The notes beneath the pieces were generated by a model, which was given only the letters and a program-made list of their open reading frames with translations, was not told the DNA's origin and searched no databases. A stretch of DNA of 59,308 nt from a virus (Duplodnaviria > Caudoviricetes), in the IMG/VR virus record IMGVR_UViG_3300020472_000025, positions 1 to 59,308 of that record; one strand, given 5' to 3'. Of this stretch, positions 47,386 through 56,796 are shown piece after piece. Position numbers and translations under genes: made by a program. Numbering within the stretch: the stretch's first letter is position 1; each line of letters starts with the position of its first letter.

Positions 47386-48401
47386 CAAATTCTTTTTTTG
47401 CAGACATCGCCAAGGAGATAGGTAATGAGTACGCTGGCGTTGTTTCTGATGGTGTTGCTGCTGGCGACACAAGTAATTTTATCGATACGGGTAGCTACCT
47501 CTTTAACGCTATTGTATCAGGAAGCATCTTTGGAGGTGTTCCAGGGAATAAGATCACAGCTATTGCAGGTGAGTCAAGTACTGGCAAAACATTTTTCTGC
47601 CTTGGTATGGTACAGCATTTTCTCCAATCTCATCCTGATGCTAATGTTGTTTATTTTGAGTCTGAAAGTGCTATATCTAAGGACATGATAGAGAGTCGGG
47701 GTATAGACTCTAGTCGTATGTTCTTATGTCCTGTTACTACAGTACAAGATTTCAGACAGCAAGCAATTAAGGCAGTAGATATACATTTATCCTATAAGAA
47801 AGAGGATCGTAAACCAGTAATGTTTGTACTGGATTCTCTTGGTATGTTGTCCACCACTAAGGAGGTACAGGACACACAGGATGGTAAGGATACTAGAGAT
47901 ATGACCAGAGCACAGGTTGTTAAGTCTATATTCAGGGTGCTGACACTCAAACTAGGTAAGGCAAACATCCCTATGATTGTAACCAACCATACTTATGATG
48001 TGGTGGGTGCTTATGTGCCAATGAAAGAAATGGGTGGTGGTAGTGGACTAAAGTATGCTGCTAGTACTATAATATACTTATCCAAATCCAAGGAGAAGGA
48101 TGGTACGGATGTCGTAGGCAACCTTATCAAGTGTGAGACTAAGAAGTCTCGATTCACCAAGGAAAATTCTAAAGTGCAGGTACGATTATTTTATGACGAA
48201 CGAGGTCTTGACAAGTATTACGGACTACTGGAACTGGGTGAGAGACATGGAGTCTTTGAGCGAGTCGGTAATCGCTATAAGATGGGTGGCTCTAATCTAT
48301 ATCCTAAGTCTATTCTGGCAGAACCAGAAAAACATTTTACTCCAGAAGTAATGCAAGCATTAGATGAAGTAGCAGCGAAGGAGTTCTCTTATGGTAGTTA
48401 G
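47382..48401 (+). CDS. uvsX: RecA-like recombinase UvsX
   Basis: [32 protein letters not shown]. Confidence 0.97.
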   Translation: MTNSFFADIAKEIGNEYAGVVSDGVAAGDTSNFIDTGSYLFNAIVSGSIFGGVPGNKITAIAGESSTGKTFFCLGMVQHFLQSHPDANVVYFESESAISKDMIESRGIDSSRMFLCPVTTVQDFRQQAIKAVDIHLSYKKEDRKPVMFVLDSLGMLSTTKEVQDTQDGKDTRDMTRAQVVKSIFRVLTLKLGKANIPMIVTNHTYDVVGAYVPMKEMGGGSGLKYAASTIIYLSKSKEKDGTDVVGNLIKCETKKSRFTKENSKVQVRLFYDERGLDKYYGLLELGERHGVFERVGNRYKMGGSNLYPKSILAEPEKHFTPEVMQALDEVAAKEFSYGS

Positions 48402-48960
48402 TTTAAAGGATTTTGTTAAGGTATATCCTGGTGCCTTAGACACTAACCTGTGTCGTAACATCATTGATCTTGCATCTAAATCTGAACCAGAAAGATGGGA
48501 ACAGAAGGGTCGTCCACAGTGGAACATGTGGAACCTAACTATGATGGCAGAGGAAGAAAAGATAGAGGAATGGCAGAAGGTACATAACCAATTGGTTACT
48601 GCTATCAAGTCTACTGCTGAACAGTACATGACTGATGTACAGTGTAGAGACTATTGGCCACCTCAGAATGCATTAGAACAGATAAGACTAAAGCATTACG
48701 AATCAGAAAAGAATGATCGTTATGACTGGCATGTTGATGTGGGTAACCATGATAGTGCTAGACGTTTCCTTGCTATGTTCTTCTATCTGAATGATGTAGA
48801 CAAGGGTGGGCAGACCTACTTTAATAACATTAATTACAAAGTGAAAGCAAAGGAAGGATCTGTGCTATGCTTTCCACCTACATGGATGTTCCCTCACGAG
48901 GGGAAAGCACCCTTGTCAGGTGACAAGTGGATCGTAGGAACCTATCTACATTATCTCTAA
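48391..48960 (+). CDS. 2OG-Fe(II) oxygenase (prolyl-4-hydroxylase-like)
   Basis: WHVD (HxD), [30 protein letters not shown]. Confidence 0.9.
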   Translation: MVVSLKDFVKVYPGALDTNLCRNIIDLASKSEPERWEQKGRPQWNMWNLTMMAEEEKIEEWQKVHNQLVTAIKSTAEQYMTDVQCRDYWPPQNALEQIRLKHYESEKNDRYDWHVDVGNHDSARRFLAMFFYLNDVDKGGQTYFNNINYKVKAKEGSVLCFPPTWMFPHEGKAPLSGDKWIVGTYLHYL

Positions 48961-50330
48961 TGCAAAAGATCGAGGAGATTACCCTAAGTAAACTTATCCT
49001 AGATGAGAATTACTGTAGGAAGACTCTACCTTTTATTCAGGAGGAGTACTTTGAGTCTATACATCACAGAACTATCTTCGATACAGTCAAGTTGTATGTT
49101 CAGGAGTATAATGCTATTCCAGAATCTACTGCTATTAAGATTGAGGTAGAGAAGAGAAGAGATCTCAGTGAAGAGATCATGCAGGAGATCGATGATTTTC
49201 TTAATGATAAGTTAGATCATGATCAGTATAATGAAGAGTGGTTGTTAGATACCACAGAGAAGTGGTGTAAAGAACGTGCTATCTATCTGGCATTGATGGA
49301 TAGTATTAAGATTGCTGACGGTCAGGATAAGACTCGTACCAAAGATGCCATACCACATATTATGTCAGAAGCATTAGGTACATGCTTTGATGAGACTGTT
49401 GGTCATGATTACATAAAGGATGCTGAAGAACGTTATGACTTCTATCACACGGTTGAGGACAAGACCCCGTTCGACTTGGAATATTTTAACAAGATTACGA
49501 AGGGTGGACTACCTAATAAGACTCTTAATATCGCTCTTGCTGGTACAGGTGTTGGTAAGTCTTTGTTTATGTGTCACTGTGCTAGTGCCTCCCTCCTCAG
49601 GGGACGTAATGTATTGTATATTACTCTTGAGATGGCTGAAGAAAAGATTGCAGAGAGAATTGATGCCAACCTCCTGAATCTACCCATCCAACAACTGTCT
49701 GATCCTCTGTTTAGTAAAGCAGATTTTCGTAAGAAGATAGACAAGTTAAATAAGAAGACCCAAGGTCGTTTGGTTATCAAGGAGTACCCAACTGCATCGG
49801 CACACGTCGGTCACTTTAAAGCACTCCTGAATGAGTTAGCAATGAAGAAAGGATTTAGTCCTGATATAATCTTCATAGACTATCTCAACATATGCTCATC
49901 CTCTCGCTACAAGAACTCAATTGTTAATTCATACACGTTCGTTAAAGCTATTGCTGAAGAACTTAGGGGACTGGCTGTCGAAGCAAACGTCCCGATTGTT
50001 AGTGCTACTCAAACTACTCGTTCTGGTTACGGTTCTAGCGATGTTGACCTTACCGACACATCTGAGTCTTTCGGACTCCCTGCTACTGCTGACCTTATGT
50101 TCGCTCTCATATCTACTGAGGAGTTGGAAGCGATAAATCAAATAATGGTGAAGCAGTTAAAGAATAGATACAATGATCCTACAGTTCATAAGAGATTTTG
50201 TATAGGTATTGACAGAGCGAAGATGAGGCTGTATGATTGTGAACAGGCAACACTCGCTGATCCTGGCAAAGAGGAAGAGGTCGTAGAGATCAAACCCAGT
50301 AAAAACAAATTCGATTCCTTTAAGGTATGA
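48960..50330 (+). CDS. gp41: Replicative DNA helicase gp41
   Basis: AGTGVGKS, TLEMAEE, IKEYPT, DYLNIC, SESFGLPATAD, KNRY. Confidence 0.98.
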   Translation: MQKIEEITLSKLILDENYCRKTLPFIQEEYFESIHHRTIFDTVKLYVQEYNAIPESTAIKIEVEKRRDLSEEIMQEIDDFLNDKLDHDQYNEEWLLDTTEKWCKERAIYLALMDSIKIADGQDKTRTKDAIPHIMSEALGTCFDETVGHDYIKDAEERYDFYHTVEDKTPFDLEYFNKITKGGLPNKTLNIALAGTGVGKSLFMCHCASASLLRGRNVLYITLEMAEEKIAERIDANLLNLPIQQLSDPLFSKADFRKKIDKLNKKTQGRLVIKEYPTASAHVGHFKALLNELAMKKGFSPDIIFIDYLNICSSSRYKNSIVNSYTFVKAIAEELRGLAVEANVPIVSATQTTRSGYGSSDVDLTDTSESFGLPATADLMFALISTEELEAINQIMVKQLKNRYNDPTVHKRFCIGIDRAKMRLYDCEQATLADPGKEEEVVEIKPSKNKFDSFKV

Positions 50331-51004
50331 CTAAGAAAGCAAGAAATCCAAATCAACAACCATTAGGTTCTGCTAATGTGAATTTTGATCCAGCATCTAC
50401 AGACAATGTAACTAAGATTGCTGAGGACTTTAATGATAAGGTTCAGGATCAGAAGGATGAGATGAAGGAGGGTGCTGAGAAGATCAAAGATGATACTCCC
50501 ACCACTCCAGAAGAACTCATCAATAAGAAAGGGTTCTCTGCATGGCAGGCAGCAGAGAAGGTTAAGGCAAAGAGAAGGGAAGAACATGATCAGAAGAAGT
50601 TCCAGATAGATCTGGATAAGTACATGCACTTCTGTGACATGACGTGCTCAGAACCTAGTAAGGATAGAGCACAGTATCTTGATCGTCTTAATCAATTATA
50701 TGATCAGGGATGTAATGTATCTCTTTTAGATACTGCATCACAAGGATTGACTGCTGAAGCAGGTGAGTTCTGTGAGATCGTTAAGAAGATTAAGTATCAA
50801 GGTAAACCATATAATGATGCTAACAGAGAACATCTAGTTAAAGAGTTGGGTGATATACTATGGTATGCATCCCAAGCAGCTAGAGCATTGGACATCCGAT
50901 TGGATGAAGTGTTCTATGCTAACACCCTCAAGCTTGCTTCTAGATATCCTAGTGGTGAGTTTAATATTGAGGACTCTGAAAACCGCAAACCTGGTGACAT
51001 CTAA
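50327..51004 (+). CDS. mazG: MazG-family nucleotide pyrophosphohydrolase with N-terminal extension
   Basis: GLTAEAGEFCEIVKK, KELGDILWY, N..KL..RYP. Confidence 0.92.
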   Translation: MTKKARNPNQQPLGSANVNFDPASTDNVTKIAEDFNDKVQDQKDEMKEGAEKIKDDTPTTPEELINKKGFSAWQAAEKVKAKRREEHDQKKFQIDLDKYMHFCDMTCSEPSKDRAQYLDRLNQLYDQGCNVSLLDTASQGLTAEAGEFCEIVKKIKYQGKPYNDANREHLVKELGDILWYASQAARALDIRLDEVFYANTLKLASRYPSGEFNIEDSENRKPGDI

Positions 51005-51090
51005 TGCATCTTATTCTACCTATCATCTGCATTTTTCTTATCTGTTTGGTGATAGTTTACTCCGTTATACAAAAGTACAATCCACATTGA
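51004..51090 (+). CDS. Small membrane peptide, 28 aa
   Basis: MHLILPIICIFLICLVIVYSVIQKYNPH*; TAATG coupling. Confidence 0.5.
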   Translation: MHLILPIICIFLICLVIVYSVIQKYNPH

Positions 51091-51091
51091 C

Positions 51092-51289
51092 ATGACATTA
51101 TCAAATTCAGTAGAATATTCTCTAAGAGAAGCACAAGACGCACTTCGTAATGCTCTAGCATTTTCAGCACGTAGTGAGAAACCATATGTTAGTAAGCACA
51201 TTGCTGATATGCTTTCTAACATTGAGAACCTCTGTGACATCACAGATCTTTTAGACAAGGTGGAGGAAGCACGTGAACTTACCGATTAA
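51092..51289 (+). CDS. Conserved small hypothetical protein
   Basis: SLREAQDALRNALAFSARSEKPY. Confidence 0.7.
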   Translation: MTLSNSVEYSLREAQDALRNALAFSARSEKPYVSKHIADMLSNIENLCDITDLLDKVEEARELTD

Positions 51290-51413
51290 CGATGACGAAT
51301 TGGATGTTATCGTTAGACAACTCTGGAAGTCACGTAAGAATGCAGGAGAACCAGCGGTTGCTCCATTGTATGAGAAGATCAAAGAGTTTCGAGATGCTAA
51401 CAAAGGGGGTTGA
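51273..51413 (+). CDS. Small hypothetical protein, 46 aa
   Basis: GGAGG RBS, GTG start; MNLPINDDELDVIVRQLWKSRK... Confidence 0.55.
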   Translation: MNLPINDDELDVIVRQLWKSRKNAGEPAVAPLYEKIKEFRDANKGG

Positions 51414-51439
51414 CACCCTCTTTTTTTATGCTATAGTAT
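51402..51439 (+). promoter_or_regulatory. Terminator hairpin with embedded sigma70 promoter (TTGACA...TGcTATAGT)
   Basis: aaagggggt-tgac-accctcttt plus T-run; TTGACA 51410, TATAGT 51432. Confidence 0.7.
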
Positions 51440-51460
51440 ATCTGTTGAGCGCACAACATA

Positions 51461-51628
51461 GGGAGTGACTGAATAATCTTTCTGGCATATAGCTGGATAA
51501 GGTGATACGATACAGGTGGTGCTGCTTCTTCGGAAGAACCGACCAACCAGTCGGATCGTAGGCAGAGGTGATCTTACTAACTGTAGTAATGCCCTCCTCT
51601 TATTGGTAATACAGCAATCCAATCTCCC
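51461..51628 (+). ncRNA. manA-like structured RNA motif
   Basis: Closing GGGAG/CTCCC; hairpins CTGGC/GCTGG, CTTC-TTCG-GAAG, CCGAC/GTCGG, TTACT/AGTAA, ATTGG/CCAAT; TGCTG/CAGCA pseudoknot; resembles the cyanophage manA motif as recalled. Confidence 0.7.
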
Positions 51629-51657
51629 ACACACTAACACAATTAACTCTGCAGACT

Positions 51658-51686
51658 AAATAGAGGGGTAACACCCTCTATTTTTT
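51658..51686 (+). terminator. Intrinsic terminator overlapping a late promoter (TAAATA 51657)
   Basis: AAATAGAGGG..CCCTCTATTT followed by Ts. Confidence 0.8.
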
Positions 51687-53033
51687 ATGGCCTTAGAGTA
51701 TTCTGAAATAATGATGGCAGGTGCTATGTTCTCTACAACTGCAGAGTTAAAAGCAGCCACGAATACAGAAGATGATCTGATAGAATGGGTTGCCAAAATT
51801 GCTAAGACAGTTAACGTGCCTGCTAATGTAGCATTTGGATCTAAGAAGAGTGAGTGGGTAAACTATCTGAAGCAAGATGTAAAGAGTCTTACACCAAAGA
51901 AAAGAGGTGATCTTTTAAAGAATGGATTACAAGGGATCTCTGCTGCCATAGCAGTTAAAAAATGGTTGCAGCATGATCATAAAGAAGGTGCAGATACCAT
52001 TGCCACTAAGGTGTTCATGACAGGTAATGTATGGCCTAGAGAGGTGAAGAAATTTAGGATAAGTGCGTATGGATTTGATGATTATAACTCTTCTGATGTT
52101 ATTGTAAAGACTGGAGATAAAAAATATTTTGGAGTCTCTCTGAAGAAGAAACCCAAGTCAAACTCAGCAGATCCTACTCTTATTAATAAAGCATTCACTA
52201 GTCTTATTAATGGTGATGGTCCTGGTGGTATATTTAAGGAAGCACGAAGAGAATTGGATGAGAGAAGGACAGGATACTTTGCTGCAAGGGTAAAGGATGC
52301 AGTACAACATGGTATTCTTAACCTTGAGGATGAGGAGGGTAAAGATCAATCTGAAATTATGACTGACAAAGAGTTGTTTAAGGGTAACACTCGTAAGCAA
52401 CTCTTTGCTCATAGACCAAAGGCACAACAATTTAAGTACCCTTATATTGATGCTAAAGGTAATCATATAGAAGGTTATTCTACTGAACCTACCTCATGTT
52501 CACTACCTGACATGAAGTCCTTTGTTAATAATGACTTAAAGAGAAAGGATAATAAATTATGGGAGAAGTTTAGGGAGACTGTTATTGGATTTGGTGAGAC
52601 CTTTGCTGATCAGTTAATCAATTTGGTATTAAAGGTTAAACTACAAGATGATCTTGCTGCTAATAAGAAACTACATGAACATAAGTTTGCTTTTGGTTTG
52701 ATAACTGGTATTGGTACAGCCTCTAAGCTGCCTAAGAAGGATGAATATAAACTTGAGCTTGGTCAGGGTAAATATATTGATCAACATACTATATTATGTG
52801 GTCTGCAGAAACTTGATGGTAATAAGAAAAAATATGAGATAGAGTTAGACTTAGATGCTACTGACAAAGCAGATGCTGCTAAGATATTCTTTACAGTATC
52901 AAAGGCAGACACACCTATTCTATCCTTAGAGTTGAGATACAAGGGTAAATTTACCCCACAACCTCAGTTCTTTGCTAACATTACACCCGAATTTAGAACG
53001 ATAATGACTAAAGAGTGCTTGGTACACGATTAA
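51687..53033 (+). CDS. Hypothetical protein, possible PD-(D/E)xK-type endonuclease
   Basis: NSSDVIV...FGVSLKK motif; C-terminal LELRYKG...PQF. Confidence 0.5.
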   Translation: MALEYSEIMMAGAMFSTTAELKAATNTEDDLIEWVAKIAKTVNVPANVAFGSKKSEWVNYLKQDVKSLTPKKRGDLLKNGLQGISAAIAVKKWLQHDHKEGADTIATKVFMTGNVWPREVKKFRISAYGFDDYNSSDVIVKTGDKKYFGVSLKKKPKSNSADPTLINKAFTSLINGDGPGGIFKEARRELDERRTGYFAARVKDAVQHGILNLEDEEGKDQSEIMTDKELFKGNTRKQLFAHRPKAQQFKYPYIDAKGNHIEGYSTEPTSCSLPDMKSFVNNDLKRKDNKLWEKFRETVIGFGETFADQLINLVLKVKLQDDLAANKKLHEHKFAFGLITGIGTASKLPKKDEYKLELGQGKYIDQHTILCGLQKLDGNKKKYEIELDLDATDKADAAKIFFTVSKADTPILSLELRYKGKFTPQPQFFANITPEFRTIMTKECLVHD

Positions 53034-53077
53034 AAGTGTCCACTCAGTCACCCATTCAGACCCTCCTCTGCTATAAT
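53021..53077 (+). promoter_or_regulatory. Early-type promoter copy 3
   Basis: GTACAC..GTGTCCAC 53036-N28-TATAAT 53072 with extended TG. Confidence 0.7.
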
Positions 53078-53139
53078 ATGTGTATAAGGGATGAATCGAT
53101 GACGTGCTTGCACCGATGGGTAATTCTCCCTTAACTATT

Positions 53140-54336
53140 ATGGCAAAAAACACTCACTTAGAACACCTAGAAGACGACATTTTTAACAGTGGTCCTGCTG
53201 GTGTCACCAACTCAATCAATTTCCTGAAGTCACTGAGAGATATGCTGTCTACAGGTAGTGGTGGTAGTAAAGTTAAGGTCACTACCAAATGGGATGGTGC
53301 TCCTGCTATTATATGTGGTAAGAATCCAGAGGACGGTAGGTTCTTTGTTGGCACTAAGAGTGTGTTTAATAAGGTTAATCCCAAGATAGTATACACTGAA
53401 GCAGATGCAGATAGATTGTATCCTGGTGAGACTGTTGGGGATATCCTTAAAAATTGTTTAAAACATCTATCCACTCTACCTATTGATGGTGTGGTGCAGG
53501 GTGATTTGTTATATCAGGAGAAACCTCCGACCATTATAAATGAAGGCAAGAAAGTCTTTTCATTCAGACCTAATACTATTACATATACTATTGAGGTTAA
53601 GAGTGAGTTAGGTAAGAAGGTAAGTCTTAGTAAGATGGGTATAGTATTTCACACTGAGTATAGTGGTAGGACTATGGCAGAACTAACAGCAGGTTTTGGT
53701 GCTGATGTAAGTAAATTACAGGGTAAACCAGATATTGCAGTGTTCTCCTCAGAGTTTACTAATGTGGGTGGTGCTGCTAACCTATCACTGGTCGAGAAAG
53801 CAAATGTAACTAGGATCATAACTGCTGCTAAACAGAACTTTGATAAGGGTGAATTCTTTGTTAAGAGTGTCCAAGGTGTAGGTAAAGGACCGTTTACATT
53901 ACCTGCATTGTTTAAGGTATACTTTAACCAAGTAGTAAGAGCTGGTACTGTACCTAATGCTAATACAATGTCAAAACAATTCTGTGCTTTCGTTTTTGAG
54001 AAGCATACGAAGGAGATGGACAAGAAGAAGACTCTAAAATCTAAAGGAGAATGGATGAACCGACGTAATGAAGCTGTTAAATACCTAAATACTAACAGAT
54101 CTTCTATGAACTCAGCACTTGATGGCTTTAAAAACCTGATGGACGCTAAGGTTATGATCATAAATAAATTAACACAGATAAAAAGTGTTGGCACTTTCAT
54201 CGAAGATGAAAATGGATTCCGTGCTACTAAACCAGAAGGATTTGTAGCAATAAAAGACGGAGCAGCACTGAAACTTGTCGATAGACTGGAGTTTTCCAGA
54301 GCAAACTTCACCGTTGCAAAAGACTGGGGTAAATGA
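53140..54336 (+). CDS. DUF6267-type protein with ligase/capping-enzyme nucleotidyltransferase motifs
   Basis: NTHLEHLED, TTKWDGAP (KxDG), VQGD, PEGFV, LKLVDRLEFS. Confidence 0.65.
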   Translation: MAKNTHLEHLEDDIFNSGPAGVTNSINFLKSLRDMLSTGSGGSKVKVTTKWDGAPAIICGKNPEDGRFFVGTKSVFNKVNPKIVYTEADADRLYPGETVGDILKNCLKHLSTLPIDGVVQGDLLYQEKPPTIINEGKKVFSFRPNTITYTIEVKSELGKKVSLSKMGIVFHTEYSGRTMAELTAGFGADVSKLQGKPDIAVFSSEFTNVGGAANLSLVEKANVTRIITAAKQNFDKGEFFVKSVQGVGKGPFTLPALFKVYFNQVVRAGTVPNANTMSKQFCAFVFEKHTKEMDKKKTLKSKGEWMNRRNEAVKYLNTNRSSMNSALDGFKNLMDAKVMIINKLTQIKSVGTFIEDENGFRATKPEGFVAIKDGAALKLVDRLEFSRANFTVAKDWGK

Positions 54337-55400
54337 TTAGATTTCATACATTCATAACCGAAGCCACTACTGCTAAGAAGAAACCTGCGGGTACTACTAA
54401 GGCAGAGAAGATGGCAGACGACAAGCACGTTGCTATCACATTCGGTAGGTTTAACCCACCTCATGCTGGTCATGGTAAACTGATGGACGCAGTGAAGACT
54501 GCTTCAGGAGATTCTGGTAACTATAGAATCTATCCTTCACGTACACAAGATCATAAGAAGAACCCTCTACATCCTGAAGATAAGATCAAGCACATGCGTA
54601 GCATGTTTAAGCATCATAAGGGTGCGATCCAAAATTCAGAGCAGCATAGAAATATATTTGATATACTACGTGACCTTAATGATGAAGGTCATGAGCACGT
54701 CACCATGGTAGTTGGTGATGATAGAGTAAAAGAATTTGAGAAACTTACTGGCAAATATAACGGTGTACACTATGACTTTAAGAGTATTAATATAAAGTCA
54801 GCAGGTAAGAGAGATGCAAATTCCGAGGATCCAGTAGAGAAACTAAGTGCTAGTGGACAGAGGAAGCATGCTTCGGGTGATGACCATGATAACTTCCATG
54901 CTGGTGTGCCTAAAGGGTATGGTAAGAAATCATCCAGAGAGTTGATGGATCTGGTTAAAACAGGTATGACACCTCCTAAGAAGGAGAAGAAGTCTAAGAA
55001 GAAGACTAATGAGTCATGGTTGTTTGCACCTAAACTACACATCGAAGAATTTAGAACACATTATATCGAAGACAGTATCTTTAGTGAAGGTACATTAGTT
55101 GAGCACGATGACACAGGTCTACGTGGTCATGTAGTGCATCGTGGTACTAACTATGTTGTCTTTAGGAATGATGATGGAGAGGAGTTTAAAGCTTGGTTAC
55201 ATCATGTAACTGAGGTGACAGATGCTAGTAAGAAGAGGGATGATCAGTCCAATTTCTCTGCTGATGATGGTAGTGGAAATGATTGGAAGATTGGAACTGA
55301 TAAATATCGTCAGGCAGTTCAGGACATGACTCCTGGACAAGGCACAACTAAATTCGGGGTTAAGTTCTCCGACTTCAGAAAACAAACAGCACCTAAATAA
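54333..55400 (+). CDS. Cytidylyltransferase-like (HIGH-motif) nucleotidyltransferase
   Basis: TFGRFNPPHAGHGKL, KKNPL, MVVGDDR, SAGKRD, LSAS. Confidence 0.85.
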   Translation: MIRFHTFITEATTAKKKPAGTTKAEKMADDKHVAITFGRFNPPHAGHGKLMDAVKTASGDSGNYRIYPSRTQDHKKNPLHPEDKIKHMRSMFKHHKGAIQNSEQHRNIFDILRDLNDEGHEHVTMVVGDDRVKEFEKLTGKYNGVHYDFKSINIKSAGKRDANSEDPVEKLSASGQRKHASGDDHDNFHAGVPKGYGKKSSRELMDLVKTGMTPPKKEKKSKKKTNESWLFAPKLHIEEFRTHYIEDSIFSEGTLVEHDDTGLRGHVVHRGTNYVVFRNDDGEEFKAWLHHVTEVTDASKKRDDQSNFSADDGSGNDWKIGTDKYRQAVQDMTPGQGTTKFGVKFSDFRKQTAPK

Positions 55401-55434
55401 TAGAACGCACTTATTCCCTCCAGGAAAAAAGACT

Positions 55435-56796
55435 ATGTTAGACATTAAGATATCTGCAGAGTTGATGGGGTATTCCCTTGACGAGCAGATGACAATCATG
55501 AAATGTGTAGAGGAAGGCTCTACTCATGACAGTAAGAGATTCCAAGAAACCATTGAGAAGATCACTGTCCTTGTAGACGCATCACCAATTCTTGAGGTTT
55601 TTGAGGGGTATGCAGGTTTCCCTATCGAGAAGGCACTGATTGATAAAAATAAGGGTAGAGCACCTGATGATCGTAATATAGGTAGGGTCATTACACAGGG
55701 TGGTCTCTCACTAGTAGTCACAGGTCGTAAGGCTGATGGACGTTACAACGTTGTAGGTAAGAAAGGAGAGAAGACTGCAAAGCATGCAGAAGATCTAGGT
55801 CTCCAAGTTAAGGAGTCTATTGATATTGAGGATCTTCATCAGTCTATGTTAGAAGCAATGACTGTTACTAATGCTGATAAGAAAGGAAATACTCCAGCGT
55901 GGCAGAACTATAAGAAAGGACTGAAGAATAAGCAAGGTAAGCCAGTGTATAAGGCTGCTGATCATGTTAAGAATGAGGAGTATACTGTTACCAACGCTGA
56001 TAAGAAAGGTAACACTCCTGCATATCAGGCATACAAAGCAGGTAAGAAGAATGCCAAGACAGGCAAACCTCTATACAAGGCTGCTTCCCACATGAAGGAA
56101 GAACAAACTATTGATGACTTTATTTTAGAGTTCATTGATTTAGATGATGATGGAATAGATACCTTAAGTTTTGAGGAACTAGAACAGGTATGTATCGAAG
56201 CATTAGAAGAACTCGAAGGAGATCTTCTTAACGAAGCACTCGAAGCAATAGATGGTATATCACTTCTTACTGAAGCACCATCTAAGCACTCAGCAAATCC
56301 TAATATTGCTGTGCAAGCACCACAGAAGGAGAAACCAGGTAGAGATGCAGGTAAACTTGCGAGAGCAAAGTTATCTAAGCCACAAGCTTCTCGTAAAGAG
56401 AAGGTTAAGGCAGCACTTAAGTCTGCTGGTTCAGCAATCAAGAAGGGTGTGAAGGCTACTGCTAGAGGTGTGGGTAAAGCTGCAGGTCATGCTGCTAACG
56501 CTGCTGAGAAAGGTGCTAGTGCAGTTGGTAAGGTTGCCAAGGAAGTTGGAAAGGGATACTCTGATACTCGTAAGGGTAGATCAGATGAGGGTTCCAGTAC
56601 AACTGATGCTAAGGCACCAGATGAGAGCAGGGGTGGATCGGATAGACCACGCTTGCGTGATAAGATAAAGCGTGGTATAAAGAAAGTCGTTGGTAAGGCT
56701 GCTCGTGCCGTCTCCAGAGGATCAAGGAATGTCGCTAGGAGATTAGGTGAAGAGAAGTATAACTGGCGATCTCAATTGGAGGTCAACAAAGAATGA
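55435..56796 (+). CDS. Basic/acidic block protein with internal repeat, putative internal head protein
   Basis: TAAATA at 55394; duplicated TVTNADKKGNTPA unit; LTE-A and MLE-A sites. Confidence 0.6.
   Translation: MLDIKISAELMGYSLDEQMTIMKCVEEGSTHDSKRFQETIEKITVLVDASPILEVFEGYAGFPIEKALIDKNKGRAPDDRNIGRVITQGGLSLVVTGRKADGRYNVVGKKGEKTAKHAEDLGLQVKESIDIEDLHQSMLEAMTVTNADKKGNTPAWQNYKKGLKNKQGKPVYKAADHVKNEEYTVTNADKKGNTPAYQAYKAGKKNAKTGKPLYKAASHMKEEQTIDDFILEFIDLDDDGIDTLSFEELEQVCIEALEELEGDLLNEALEAIDGISLLTEAPSKHSANPNIAVQAPQKEKPGRDAGKLARAKLSKPQASRKEKVKAALKSAGSAIKKGVKATARGVGKAAGHAANAAEKGASAVGKVAKEVGKGYSDTRKGRSDEGSSTTDAKAPDESRGGSDRPRLRDKIKRGIKKVVGKAARAVSRGSRNVARRLGEEKYNWRSQLEVNKE
55861..56103 (+). repeat. Two ~41-codon tandem coding repeats
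   Basis: TVTNADKKGNTPAWQNYKKG..GKPVYKAADH / TVTNADKKGNTPAYQAYKAG..GKPLYKAASH. Confidence 0.85.

Noticed and set aside
44893-50330. Introns or inteins in gp43, uvsX, gp41 (also gp17, gp20, gp23)
   Set aside because: ORFs are continuous and of normal length
51431-51640. 69-aa minus-strand ORF
   Set aside because: The region is better explained by the structured RNA with its promoter and terminator
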